Notes under the pieces: model-generated | What the model was told of the DNA's origin: nothing | The model's database searches: none | Seen by the model: only the letters and a program-made list of their open reading frames with translations | Assembly (NCBI GenBank): GCA_951406725.2 | Contig: OX597814.1 | Location: 52,328,001-52,392,000 of the forward strand | DNA from: Octopus vulgaris | Taxonomy: Eukaryota | Length of the DNA stretch: 64,000 nucleotides | Direction: 5' to 3' | Part shown: positions 26,191 to 40,479 of the stretch, one piece after another | Layout: each line of letters opens with the position of its first letter | Numbering within the stretch: the stretch's first letter is position 1 | Translations under genes and position numbers: made by a program

Positions 26191-29100
26191 ACATAACAAT
26201 AGATATTCCTTAGGAACATTGAGAGTGTGTCCCTAATATTCAAACCGCTCATAATTCCATTTGGCTTATACTTAACATTGACTTCTGATAAATAAAACAC
26301 ACTACAGAGTTAAAGATATACAAAAAGGGGAGAATAAAGAAATTTTGATGTTCACAACTGAAGTGAATTAGTAATATTTGTGAAGTGGTTCCAACTAGAA
26401 ATTGAAGTGGAATTATAGACTTAATTCAATGAGTTACTGCTGGCCCACAGTCTACTACCAAGATCACATTAATGAATATATCATTGTTTTATAACTATTT
26501 CCCTTGATATATTCAATAAACAAGGAATAGTTCATAGATATATAACTAACTAGCTTACATTAAGTGTTTGGACTTGATAAAAAAATAAAAGGAATAAATT
26601 TTATTTATAACAAGAGGCTTATTTATATAGTTTATAAAGTGAGATTTATAATGAGAATAATTAGCTTGGCAAAAGATAAAGCAACAAAATCTATGAAATG
26701 AATTACAAAAGAAAATTAAATGAATTTAGATGACAAAATATAAAGCCAGAAACATAAGTGTAAAATAAGCTGATAAACACAACTATATGTGTTAAATAGA
26801 TCTAGACACACGCACATACACACTAAAAGCAAAACAAAAATATATAACAAAAGGAAAATTGACTAAAATACAATAAATATTAGAAGATAAGTAAATAACA
26901 AATAGAATTTTAAGATGCAAAGGCAAAGCACATCAAAATACAACAGAAAAACTTACAAACAGAAAAATACAAATCATATGTATTAAAACAAAATATTTTA
27001 TAAATTAAATTGAGTTGTGTTATACATGTGAAAACTCGGAGTATTTTTGCTAACATTGCACCTATCTCTGTATATATATTTGAAAATAAAGATGTTTTTA
27101 TAACAATTTGAAATCTGCAAGAAGAATCAAAAGCAAGAAAGGGTCCTCAGGAAAATATTTTTCTTTTTCTCTCCCATGCTGCTAGAATATCAAAAGAATT
27201 GGATTTACAGAGGATGTGAATGGAAGTAAGAGATAAAAGGTTCATTTTACATACACAATATAGGCAACTGTAGAAAATACAAAGCAAATTTGTATAATAG
27301 TTAACCTATAAATCAACATAATTTAATCTACTTTAGTACTGCTTGTGTGTGTGTGTTGCATTGTAGCTGGATGCTTTTCCTGGCACAGAGTGAAAATTGA
27401 GATTTTGCTGACAATTTTGATTTTTATTCTCTAGGTGTTGCTTGGATCATTATTAGACTTAGGTCAAATCAATTGACTATAACCTTTTTCTTGTTATGCC
27501 TAGTAAAAAGAAATCAATAAACATCATAATCAACAATTTGAGATAAAAGAAGAGAAACAGGCCTTATTGACACTAGTTTCCCTTTACTGTCTCAAATTTG
27601 TACTAATAAATGGCTAATACCCACTTTACCTTTAAACTCTGCATTTAATTCATTCATAATTTTATTGAAGGGGTTATTTCCTATTGTAAGCACCAACTCA
27701 AGGTGAAGCATCTTGCTCCTTGCTACACTAGACATTAGTGTAGTCAATATAGCTTTCATTTAGCTTTCCATAGTTAATTAAATTGCTTAAAAATCATTGC
27801 CTCTACAGCTATGCCAAGGTAGTAACTACCAAAGGGCAATAACTGATGTGATTCATCTTAAAGGTCAAATAAAAATCAAGAGTAAAAAGTGTTTTGCAAG
27901 ATGACTTTATCATTAATGTTATAGAATGAGAATTTAATGAAAGTCTGTTAAGGGTATGTTGTTCACAATTCAGACAAGACAGAGTATGACTGGTGATGAT
28001 TTGTTTTAAAAAAACTTTTGCATGAAACATGAAGGGCAACGAAAAATTCACACCTGCTGAAAGTTCTGTGCATGTTTATTTCCACTATTTTTACTCCAAG
28101 TTGAAACCACTTGTAACACAATATTGAGAGTGTCATAAGAAAAGATTGTTACCATATCTGTTCATATTCAAATAGCCAGGATTTCTGGCAACAATTTATT
28201 CCAATAACAACTACAGAAAGTCAGTAAATACTCTAAATTCTACAGGATAATCATGTTATTGTTTTGGATGTATTTTTCATTTTCCACAGGTTTTCAGATG
28301 AACTGCTACTAAAACGTATCATTAAATACTCAAAAGATCTCATATTAGTAGCAATTAACTATTAATCTCCTAGCCTATGTAATGCATTTTGGACAATTAC
28401 TCAGTGCTTTAGTACTCTAATTCTCAAAATTTTAAAATTATCTCTTAATGCCTTAACATTGAAATATTGGTTATAAATTCAGAGTATCTGCAGCAACTGT
28501 TTAAGAACAAATTGAGTACCATCTTCAGGATGTGTAGTGAAAAGATTAAAAAAAACAAAATACATCCCTGAGAAAAAGTGGTATGAAAAATCAAGTGAGC
28601 AGTTTATGAAGGAAAAGTAACTTCTATGGGATAAACATGTTATATCTTCTTGGTGGTCTTTCTAGTCTGAGAAAGACAATTCTGCAATTTCTTGCTGAAC
28701 AACCTGCAAAGATGATTTGTTTGCATGTATAGATGCACGGTGTGCCACATGTCAGATGTCAAAGTGATTGCAGAGCAACGTGAAATGAAGTAGTTTGTTC
28801 TTTCTGGTCCAGGAAATGAAATCATGATCTTGTGATCATGAGTGCAAGATCCTAACCTCTAGGCCACACATCCTCACAACATATTATAAGAATAGATGAA
28901 ATATGCTGCATAAGAAAATGTTGTGAGTTTGTATTAGAAAGTCATCAGCAGAAGAGACAGATAAAGAAGTCTTCTTGAGATGAGGCTTAAAAACATTGAA
29001 CTTAAAAACACTGGAATTCACATCTGTTTACCATGCTGGTATAGACAGGAAAGTCTACTACACCAGCTTAGAAATACCAATAATCTTCAGTCAATAAAGT

Positions 29101-30600
29101 ACTTTTAGCTTCTAATATTAGGAGATATTGAGAACAGTAAATGACATATTCAGCACAGACATTAACAAGTGTAGAATCCAGAAAGATATGTTATGGAGAA
29201 CACTGTAGAGATCATTTGACATTGCAAGCTGTTGTTAACAGTGATGATGGTGGTGGTGGTGGTGCTGCTGCTGCTGTTGATTATTTCAGTCTTAAGTACT
29301 CATTCAATGAAGGCATAATAAATAAGCTCACTTTATGCAACATAACTTGCAGCATATCTACTAAAACTGTTGAAAGTACACATTTGTCATATGCACTCTC
29401 TATCAATGATGACTTCGTCCATAATCCACAATAGACTTCAGATAATCTAAAAATGGTTAACAATAGGTGACATCCAAACATTATCTATCTCTTCAGGTCA
29501 GGTGAGTGGGTAGAAAATAAACAAAAACCAAAACAAAACAATAATTTCTACAGAAAAAACAACTAATTTATAAAATTCTATTGATTTCCTTTTCTCTTTC
29601 TTTCTCGTTTTATTTGACACAGAAAATTTGGTATAATACACGAATAGAAGAATAAAGCATAGTTGATGCTGTTGACGTTTGGCTTTAAGTCAGCTTTAAT
29701 ATAGCAAGTCAGTATAATGCCATCTTATTTTCAGACAGATCTATGTATTACCTTATTTCAAAGTGTTCCACTTTTTTTTTAAGAGTGTAGGGTGTATAGA
29801 GGGCTGCTGTTTCTAGCAAACTCAGTAACCGCATGGCAATGCAACTTTCACTGGCTCAATAGCATCATAATGATGAACTTTGGTATTAATCAGAAGATAT
29901 GTGGGAATTTCCACAAGGCTTTCACTATCTTCTTCCTCTTAATTTGTTTGTTATCAAATGAAAATGTATTATTCAATGAAAACATTTTAGCACTTTATCA
30001 CTCTCCACCAGACACACACACAATAGGTTAAAAACAAAGGAATAACTCCTTGTCCTTGACATACATCATTCTAGTGGTTGTAGAAGCCAAACCAAGGTCC
30101 TAGTAGGTTGAACAATTGAGATCTCATCTTGTAGAGGTCAGGACTAAAATTCCTTCACCTTTTTGCAACTTTTCCTCCAAATTTCTATAACATGATAGCC
30201 AGGTACATATTGAGTGTTCCCTCACTACCCCTGCCCAAATCTCATTTTTATAGTGTTTATTACGGTTTTTCAGTTATGCTTTCTCTGAGATGCTTCTGGC
30301 ATCCTAGTGTCCTCAATATATGATTATGCTAAAATGGATTTTATGCAACACAAATCTATGCTATCTTACCTTGTCTACAAGTCTTTCTACTAGCTTCACA
30401 ACTTAATTTATTACTTTTAGATCTCACAATTTTTTTAAAATGTAGTCTGTATGTTTGTACCACATTTTGATGGGATGGTCATATTAGTCATCAAGAATAA
30501 TCTCTCTCTCCTGTTTGATTAGCTAATGTGACTTTCATAGACATTTTCCATTGATGTATCATTATTTTACTCTAAATTTACCGAAACCATGACCTAATAT

Positions 30601-30881
30601 ATGGGAAAACTACCACCTGTGTTGTCTCTTGTGAAAGGTAAGAGAGTCCAGTTTGCTGGACCTTGTTGTAGAGCTGAAAAAGAGGTAATTTCTACTCTTC
30701 TCCCCTGGAAGCCATCTACCCGCAATACCAGAGGGCGCACACTCTCCTACCCTGATGTAATCTCCAGGGATACAGGCACCCAGCAACAGGACCTCCGTAA
30801 TGCCATGATGGACCATGAAGTCTGGCGTAGCATGGTAAATTCCATTGTCTCGACCACAGTCGAACAATGATGATGATGATG
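30601..30881 (+). mobile_element. 5'-truncated RTE-clade LINE 3' end
   Basis: ORF end RVQFAGPCCRA...MMDHEVWRSMV, (TGA)n tail, and a 12-bp TSD ATGACCTAATAT (30589-30600 and 30882-30893). Confidence 0.88.
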
Positions 30882-31741
30882 ATGACCTAATATGAAAACA
30901 TCCAACGCCATACTTAAAAACAAATTCAAGTCAAACAATTTGGCAATGGCTCTAATTTATGGAGAGTTGTTAAACACGATTTTTAACTTCTCAGCTTAGC
31001 ATCTCTTGGCATTAGCATAAACTATTTAAGGTGTTTTTAAATATTTAAAAATAATTTAAAATAAAACATTATTTTTTTTTTTAAGGTGAAAAAACTATTT
31101 GCACTAACTCATGAAATCATCATCAAAGGGGATTATGCTTTATTCTGTGAATGATGTGACATTTTAATTTGGTAATGAGTATATAAAAAAAGGATATTTG
31201 AAAATTGAATTAAACAAATAATCATATGAAAATACATTTCCAAAAATAAAATTACATGCATAGGAAGATGTTAGCCTCAATTTCTCTACTTTATATCCAA
31301 CAGTGTTTAGAAAAGCTTAACTGTCTTTGTATCTAACAGGTGTGCTTTGAAAAATATTACTTGTGTACGTGGTAATAATAGTTGGAGGCACCATTACACT
31401 TCTCCATACAACTCTTAACAGCATAATTCAATTATAAGCAGAGGCTGAAAAAAGCAGCTACAATTGTTTGTTAACTGAACTAAAATCAAGGATTCTCATT
31501 CAATTTTATTTCTGTGATTCTCCTGAAACACAAAATATCTATCACATGTTCATTTCTTAATTGATAATGAACTCCAACTCTAAGTAAAGCATTTAACTCT
31601 TTCCTAAACATCTCCAAGAAATGCCATAGTTATTGAGATGCTTCACTATCAACTATAATATCAAGAGTTCAGAACTTGCTAGTTCTTATTGTGTACTAAA
31701 CCACAGTGGTCTATTTTTCTCAACCTGTCTATCATATTTAA

Positions 31742-31962
31742 CCCTTTAGTGTTTAAACTGGCCAAATCTGGCCCAATATATTCTACATGTTTTATATTCA
31801 AACTGGCGATGTCTAGCCTCTCACACCTACCCTACAATGCCATTCTAAAAATAAGTAATCACATCATTGAAACCTCAAAGCTGTAAGATGATCCAGGATT
31901 AATTCAAAACAATTTGAGTGAAAAAGTATTACATTTAACAGAGTAATCTGAACACTAAAGGG
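31742..31962. mobile_element. piggyBac-like MITE
   Basis: TTAA-CCCTTTAGTGTT...AACACTAAAGGG-TTAA. Confidence 0.85.
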
Positions 31963-33483
31963 TTAAAATATATTTCATTAACCATTCATGGCTAAGTGGG
32001 TAAACTAAGGGAATGTCCAACTGTGAAAAGACATACTCCAATAATTTACAATGACATCCAAGATTTCAAAGAGGACTAATAATAAAGAAGTAGAACTGAA
32101 CCTGTGCATGTGTTATTATTATTATTGGTGCAATGACTCTTCCAAGACACAACAAAATTTGTTTCAACACACGGTTTCACATCAAGAATCTTGCAAACGA
32201 AATATAAAAATGAAATATGTTTTCTTTTTTCCTTTTTTTTATTTTTGACTTTTATGGCTTAGTTGGGGAGGATAGCAGTGCCCATGGCCTTTTCCAGAGA
32301 ATCCAGTATTGGTGGGAGGAAGAGAATTATTTTCACATAGAAATCTGGCCTGAATGCTAACAGCACCTAAAGGCCATGTGATGATGCCATTACCAGGTGA
32401 CAGATTGTTTAATATACCAAATATGTATTGTTTATGGATTTTAAAGTGTAATATTATGAATTTAAAATATTATGAGTACTGACGCAAATAAATATAAAAT
32501 ATACAAAATAATTTTAGAAAGTAGAAATGCTTTGCGAAGATGGAAATGTGAAAGGTGGTATAATATATATTTTCTAAAAGAGTAATTTGACAAACAATAT
32601 TTGCCAAGTTTGATCAAACTATTGCTCTTTATTTGGTAGGTTTTAATCTAAAATGCATCCTAAGCAGTATATTCACTGCCATGCTGGATTTTTTTTACAG
32701 TACACATTATCATAAAGAATGTTTTAATGCTTTAATCTACCAAACTTTATTTTTGATGACTGTGGATTAGTGGAATAAGTGTAAATGCATAATTCAACCC
32801 AACCCAAGATAATATTTTATGTAAAAGATAATCAGACCAAAGATAATCAGAAACACTAGCAATAGAAACATCAATGGGAATAAGGTTATGCATTTTCAAA
32901 TCATTAACCTAATTTTTTAGAGAAAAAAAGATTTTTTAAATATTTGAATCTACACTATATTTCATTTGGCTCAATCTCTGATCATCTTCAGATGTGTACA
33001 TAGTACTAGACTAGATTTGACTTATGAACTTTCTAAACTAGCAATAATAATGTTTCTTATCAACAAGGTCACTTATATGGATACAATATTGTTGCAGTTT
33101 TGTAAATATCTATGTGTTATGTGTGTCTCTGTATCTGTGGGTGCCTCAGAGTGCATGTGTACATATATATACATATGTTTCCACAAATATATTTCATTAC
33201 ATTTTGGACATACACTTGGTTATATACATCATGCACAAATGTAATTCTTTCTCAAATAAATTGCATTTCATATTTCAAGGCCCTGATGAAGCCATAAGGT
33301 GTTATTCAGACTTTCAACTATGATTCCATTTATCTTAAAACAGAAATAGCTGTAAGCTAATGATGTTCATAAGATAATCATTTATTCCTTCGTCATCTCT
33401 TTTTCTTATATATGTTTGCATATTTAACTTGTTTGTTTTCATACTTCATATTTAAACAGTAGGTGACATCCTATAACCATATA

Positions 33484-33486
<3 letters not shown>

Positions 33487-33557
<71 letters not shown>
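33487..33557. repeat. (TA)n(TG)n microsatellite
   Basis: Direct reading. Confidence 0.95.
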
Positions 33558-33561
<4 letters not shown>

Positions 33562-34099
33562 ATTTATATTATTATTTAAATGAATGTCACACATCCATTT
33601 CCAAGTAAGTTTATCTTCACCTTTTTGATGCAACTCTACTCTATACTGTTTTCTCCCCTATCCTTCTCTAATTCTCTTTTTCTCAATAAGATATTGTCAG
33701 TCATTAGAACTGTTCTGGAAAAAGACCAAGGTCTCCATGAATGCAAAAAAATACTGATAACATCAAGGAGATGTTAATACACTATGCTTAAGAATGGTTA
33801 ACTTCTGACTGAAAAGGGAATTTACCAATTTGAAGAGAATGTTTTGGTATGATCATCAGCAATGGCTAACATACAGATTAGAGTACATTGGAAATTTAAC
33901 ACTTGAAAGTACATCATTGTTATCACCATTTAATGTCCCTCCATGCTGGCATGGGTTGGATGGTTTGACAGGAGCTAGCAAGTCAGAAGGCTGCACCAAG
34001 TTCTTTTGTCTGCTTTGGAATGATTTCTACAGCTGGATGCTCTTCATAACACCAATCAATTTACAGAGAGTGCCAGGTGCTTTTTATTTGGCATCAACA

Positions 34100-34695
34100 G
34101 ACTGGTTAAGATATGTGGATGATACTTTTCTAATCTGGCAACATGAAGAGATGTCCAAGATCTTGTAGACCACCTTAACTCATTACATACTTCAATACAG
34201 CCCCAAGAGAACAAGCTACAGTAGCATCCATCCTTAGTGGTTAGCCACATTTAAGTGGTAAAATATACTTCACACTGTCGTGCAGCTACTGTTTATACCT
34301 CGTTCAGAGATTTATTATTACTTGTTTACACTTTTTCGAGATTAGTGACTTTTCGTCACTGGAAAAAGGATATATGTATTTGCATTGGGACTCCTTTGCA
34401 TCGAAGACCGGTGATTGTCGTACGCTGACGACGGGTAAATACCCAGAGACCTGGGTCTGTGCGTATCACGCCAGGTTGACAATGGGAAGGATGGCTTCCC
34501 TTTGCAAATACTGATAGGGCACAGAAAGTGTGTCAATAGCCAGCTGGAGAGGATGTTCTCCTGGGGCTACAAGCTACAGTAGCATCCACCCTTAGTGGTT
34601 AACCACATTTAAGTGGCAAATATACTTCATATTGTCGTGCAGCTACTGTTTATTCTGTTTATACCTGTTTATACTGTTCAGAGATTTATTATTGC
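34100..34695 (+). mobile_element. Penelope-like element remnant (RT fragment plus pLTR-like repeats)
   Basis: WLRYVDDTFLIW at 34103. Direct repeats at 34211-34319 and 34569-34693, a 15-bp inverted repeat at 34199-34213/34554-34568, and a hammerhead-like core between them. Confidence 0.65.
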
Positions 34696-35960
34696 ATATT
34701 TAAAAACATTTTGAGTCAATATGTTCTTAACTTTAGCTTAATAAGGAACAAATGAGTTTATTTTACTAATTTCTTCCTAATTCTTGATTATTTTCAAAAT
34801 TAATTGAGATACATAAGCAGTGGACTGCATTAAAAATATGGTAATGAAAGAGCTAAACTATGAATCACACCACCCACACAGTGTTAAGAAAGGAATTGGC
34901 AAATAGCTACAAGATATGGTAAAAACAATCTGCACCTATGTATAAGCAAATACAAAAGAAATGTGTCACCTGAAAAACACATTACTAAACAGCAAAATAC
35001 CCAGCCATCCTAAAGTAAAATGTAGAAGCTAAATCAAACTCCACTGTTTCTTTATTTTACTGCAACGACAGATCTGAAAAAATTTAGAAAATCTGCACTA
35101 CATATAACATTAGAATTATGTTCCAAAATAATACCATACTTTACAGATTTTCCCCCCAAAGTAGTAAGAACTGCATTTATAATAACTCATTAATTTGTGG
35201 GAGGTCTAATAAAGAAGTGCATTGGGGGCAAGATTTTAAAACCAGATAAGAGGAATATCAGAAGACAGAAGCTCCTGTAGACCACATGAACTGACTATAT
35301 ATTTCAATTTGAAGTGTCATATAAGAAGAGAAACACCAAATTAAGATAAAGCTGAAAATATATGGTTTGAGAATGAAAATATGTTGTGGTAGAATGGAAT
35401 TTCCATAACAGATAGTTGAAATTTAAAAAAAAAAAAATCAAAATTAGCATTATTTATAATGCTTACTGATAACCTAATCAGTAAACCCAGCACTGACTTC
35501 AGATCAATATGGCTGCCATTTTGGAAAGGTAAATATAAATAAATTAAAACTATGATAGTAATTGTACTTGCGAATACTACCCTTAGTTTAGAGATAGGTT
35601 ATTTTTAGAATCTAGTTTTGCACTATGTGTACACATTTAGGAATAAGATTGATGGTGATTGGAAATAAAATCAATCAAAACATAATATAAAGATTTTTCA
35701 CTTCTGAAAATGAGGGTAAATAGTTTCAAAAATTATTACTTTATTAACAACTCATTTCAAATATTTAATCAATGGGGAGTGTGTTTGCAAATCCAAAGAG
35801 CTATATATATATATTGGACCAAATATTTTCAATTATCTGTTTCAGACATTAGCAACTTAACTTTAACCCTTTGCCTGTCGAAAGTCATTTCATAAGTCTG
35901 TCCTAAGTACCTGTACTTGTTTTCAGACTTTTAGTTAGCTCTTGTTTCATATGTCCTGAG

Positions 35961-38955
35961 CAGTGTTGCCAACTTAAAATCACAATTTTATGCTAAATTT
36001 CAGTAGAAAAAATACCAAAAAAATGCTAAATAAGAAAAAAAATGCTAAAGACTAATTATATTGAAAAGCTTGATTTTTATTTACATTTTTATTTACTTTC
36101 TTTAATTATATTCAACATTGAGAAATAATTTCTTGAATTTCACTGATTTGATCACTGCCTACGTCTTGACTTCTGTATACATTCAAGGTCCCAATCTTGT
36201 TAATTATGTGTTTTGGAATACCGAGGTTTTTGCAACATTTGCCATATCTTTTCAGGCCATATTTTACAGACAGTATTGATCTAAGCATGGGAAGATGAAT
36301 TTTGCTTTTCAATTTTGATTAGATTACACTCATACTACTGAACAACCATTCAACTTCTGCATTTGAGTTTGGCAATGCCAATAGAGTAATGGCAAAATTT
36401 GCAACATCTCTAAAAGGATTTCCTCCAGTAGCATCTTTATATTCCAAGACTTCCAGTCAGAATGCCTCAGTATTAGACATATTTGTCCATTTAACTAAAT
36501 GAATGCTATTAAACTGAAATTCAATTGAAGCATTTTTTTCTTCATTTAAATGCATTGCTTCTAAGACAGGTAAAATTGGCTCTTTGAAATGCAGCAAAAT
36601 ATTCTCTACTGAAAAACATTTGATATTCCTTAGTATATTAATATTTTCTGGCAAACGGTGCTTGAGCTCTTTATAAAGGCAGAGTAAAAATTGTTGTGCC
36701 CTTTTGTGAATATTATTTTCTCCAGTGGCTGTTACAGTTTTCATGATAATCATTTCTGATATCTTTCACTCGAACCTTTACCCTAAATTTGGTTTAGGAT
36801 CCAGAAATGTTTCAATAGAAGCATCAGGATCAAGGGGATTGATTCTACATGTTGACAACACTATCATATTAGCAACAGGTTTGACCAAATTTGAAAAATC
36901 TTGAAGTAATTTTGTTTTGTCGACAGTGTTTGATTCAAACAGTTTATTCACTTCCTGAACACATTTTAAAATTGGATGCAAAAATAAAAGGTAAAGTTCA
37001 TTCCTAGAATCACAAAACATTTCATGTAACATTTGCGCTATAAAGCATTTTTCTTTTGTAGTTGTAGTTTGGAAGTGAGTTTGCAATTCAAACCATTGGC
37101 TTAAAATTCTATTCACCACTGATTCTATTTACAGCCACCTAGTTGTACAAGAATTCACAATCTTCAAAGGCTCTTTATCAATGATAGCAAGGTAAAGTTG
37201 TTTGTAGGCATTTTGTCTTGTTGAAGAATGAGAGAACCATTTATAGGTTTCAGATACTAAAAATTCTAAATTTATGGGCAGACATTCAGCACAAGTGTGG
37301 GATACTGCCAACTGTAAAGAATGACATACACATCTAAATAGAAGTAATGATGGAACAACTTCTTTTAATTTCTGGAAAACACCATTGTTGACTCCTATCA
37401 TTAGCATTGTCGGTTCCTATAGCCAGTAAATTTTTTATATCTAATTTCTTTTTCACTAATTCACTTTTTAAGGCATCTGCATTACATGTTTCTAAAGATA
37501 TCATACTGAGATATCTATGTACCACTTTTTTGTGAGTATCACTGTAATATATGATAACAATTCCTAACAACTTGTTTATTGATATATCACTGGATTCATC
37601 TAATAACAGGCAAAATTTTCTATCTCCAATATCAGAAATCAAATCTCCATCAAAATATGGAACTAGAACATTTCTCCCAATATCTGCACATTTTGTACGA
37701 TGCAACTTCCCTTTGGATATAATGTCACTATTAGACATATAATTCTTACATAACTCTATTAAGTGATCACAGCTATTAAATGATGAGTGGCAACGGCAAC
37801 AAATAAACATTGCTAAATTTGCTTCAAGCATAGATGTCTTATCATTTTTGGTTTTTATAAAATTGGTAAGAGGAATCATTTGCTGTGGAGTTGATGCCTT
37901 ATGTTTCTTTGCTTCACAGTGACTTTACTAAAAGTGAATATTTTGCTAACATATAACATCTACAATATCTGCAATGTGCTTTAGATTGGTCACTAGGTAC
38001 TTCACACAACCACTTCATAAACGCTGGCATCTTAAGCATTCCTTTCGGAATTTTTGCTGGTACAATTTTGTTTTTTCTTTGCTCATTATAATGCAGTGGG
38101 AAGCAAAAAAATAAAATGAATAATTAATAAAAATATAACATTGAAAACACAAGTTAACAGTTTGCCACTAATAATTCTTTCATTCGCCATTAACAATTCA
38201 TATGTTTGCTGCTTACAAATTCTTGAGGTGAAGAATACTGATTCAGGATGCAGGGTGGCCAACTTATAAATGGAAAAGAAAAATCTGCAGAAATCCTAAA
38301 ACTGTGTTCTGATATAAACCTGGGAATATCATATTTTGCTTCTAATCTTATATTTAATATCTATATATCTATTGGTAAAACCACCAATATAACTACAATA
38401 CTTGAAAAAAAAAAAGTAAGTAGAAATATAAAAATATATAATCCAAAACAAGCATGAAAAAACACAGGCCTATTTTAACACAGTTAAATCAGTCAACCTG
38501 TCATGATAGAAACTCATCACTACAGAATAAAGCATTGTTAGAACAAATTTCTATGCTTTTATTCTTTGCAACATATTTACATTATTGCATAGTGAGTTCA
38601 GGTGCTGATGTGAGTTATCTTTTCCCCCTCCCCACACCAGTACCACTCTGTATCCAAGCAGGGGGTGGTGGAAAAGTTCATAACTTGATAAACTTCCTTT
38701 TGATAAACTTTCATTTGAAATTTCAACAATAGCCAATAGTACTAAAATTTGGCTTTAAGATACTTTAACAAAAGTAGAAAAGGAGGAAAAAGAAGAAAAC
38801 AAAGAGTATTGTGGAAATGCTAAAAAAAAAATGCTAAATAAAATTTTAAACCTGCTATTTTCCCTGCTAAATGCTAAATTCAAAAATTTTCTGCTAAATG
38901 CTGGAAAAAAAAATGCTAGATCTAGCATAAAATATGCTAAATTGGCAACCCCCTG
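35961..38955 (-). mobile_element. hAT DNA transposon (ZNF862-like transposase), near full-length and decayed
   Basis: Left TIR CAGTGTTGCCAACTTA; right end reverse-complements to CAGGGGGTTGCCAATTTA. Repeated subterminal ATGCTAAA motifs at both ends. No 8-bp TSD recognisable. Confidence 0.88.
36112..38086 (-). pseudogene. Frameshifted hAT transposase
   Basis: ATG AGC AAA at 38086 and an N-terminal Zn-finger-like WLCEVPSDQSKAHCRYC. Motifs LLLDESSDIS (D1), IGTDNA (D2), CVCHSLQL (CxxH), TTRWL, and C-terminal LPNSNAEVEWLFS (catalytic E/dimerisation region). Split over several ORFs. Confidence 0.88.
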
Positions 38956-40479
38956 AATAATATAAAACTTTCCTTTCATAAAATCCAAGTTACTCTGGTA
39001 GTTGAAAGAAAATTGGGAATGTGTATTATATATGATGCATGGACACCAGGGGAAAATGTTTTACATATCACATGTGATACACAAGATAAGCAAAGATTAA
39101 AGTGGGGAGACAAGTAGTTTCAGGAATGTAGACATGGAAAAGGAGAGTAAAGCTCCTTGACTATTGTTATAATGCTCTTAGAATTTTCATGATAGTTACA
39201 GCAAAATTTCAATTCATGACCCCAGTGATCAAAAGTCCAGCAATGAAATTTTACAGCCACTTAATTGGCTTCATATAATATAAATACTTACTCAAGTATT
39301 TGATTTTTACATTGTTTTTATATGATAGCATGGGTTAGATGAGTATGTTATTGTGGCATTGTCCTTCTAATGTTAATACTTATTCCAAATGGTTTAGAAG
39401 GCATGAAGTGGCTAGATAATCTGTTGACAGGAGAAATCCCAACAACAATACCACTTAAATGTGATGTTCATAGAAGCATATAAAAATGTGAATAAACACA
39501 CAAATACACACACATACGCACAAACATGTATGCACATATGATGGGCTGCTTTTCATTTTCTGACTATATTGGTCAGCCCAGCACTAGAGTATAAGGTGCT
39601 TGCCCAAGGTGCTAACAGTGGGACTGAACTTAGAATCACCTGATTGAAAAGCAAACATGTTAAACACACAGCCATGCTTGCATCTATGTATATTTACAAT
39701 TTATGCATCAATGCTTATTAAAATATAATTCTGTGAGACTACAATTAGACAATAACAGTTTCATTAACTTTTGACCTCATCAACATGATTGAAGAGTCAA
39801 TTTAATCACTTTGTTGTAATTCAGTTGTTCTATTACAAATTTAGAGGAAATGACATCAAACAAGTGTTGTGACCAAGTAAAACCTTTAACTTTTGTCCTT
39901 TTAGACTATTTTTAATTTTACAGGATTTCATCATCTACTTAAATAAGAACAGTTGAACTTATTTCAAGCAGAACATTCTATACTTAATTATTATCAATTA
40001 CTAGTCTTATCATTGCTGCTGCCACTACTGTACTTGTCATTGTCATCATCATTATCACTACCAACATCATCATAATCATCATCAGTACTACCTTGACTAT
40101 GACTGACATGCTAAACATCATATGCTCACTGATAAGAACGAAGTATGGCATATCTGTTGTATTGAAGTGAAACAGTCAAGTAGTCATAGAATTGGACTCC
40201 CATTGTAAAAGGTTTCAATTCAAATACATTGTACACACATTATGTAATAGCAAAGAACACTTAATTCTACATGCACTCATCACCAAGCTTTTGGGGATAG
40301 ATACCAAGTAATTTGGTGGTCTCTTAACCAAGGGGAAATTTACTTCAATTAATGTCATGCAACTGAAGCTAAATATTCTCTTTATTGACACTCGTGGTAT
40401 GTTTGATATAATGAACATGTTGGTGAAAACAGTGTTGTTGCCTTTGGCAACAGCAGAGGTTTCAACTGTGTCTAACATT

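Noticed and set aside
33281-33302. CTGATGA-AGCC-ATAA-GGT hammerhead-like start
   Set aside because: GAAA and stem III are absent; at most a truncated relic.
34960-34990. Other AG|GT juxtapositions (ttttcag|gtgaca here; gtttcag|gtagtt near 20823)
   Set aside because: The donor halves are weak compared with the 51241 site and are at chance level.
35050-35090. Acceptor-like ttttttcag followed by an in-frame stop and AATAAA
   Set aside because: Short motifs expected by chance in AT-rich sequence, with no other support.
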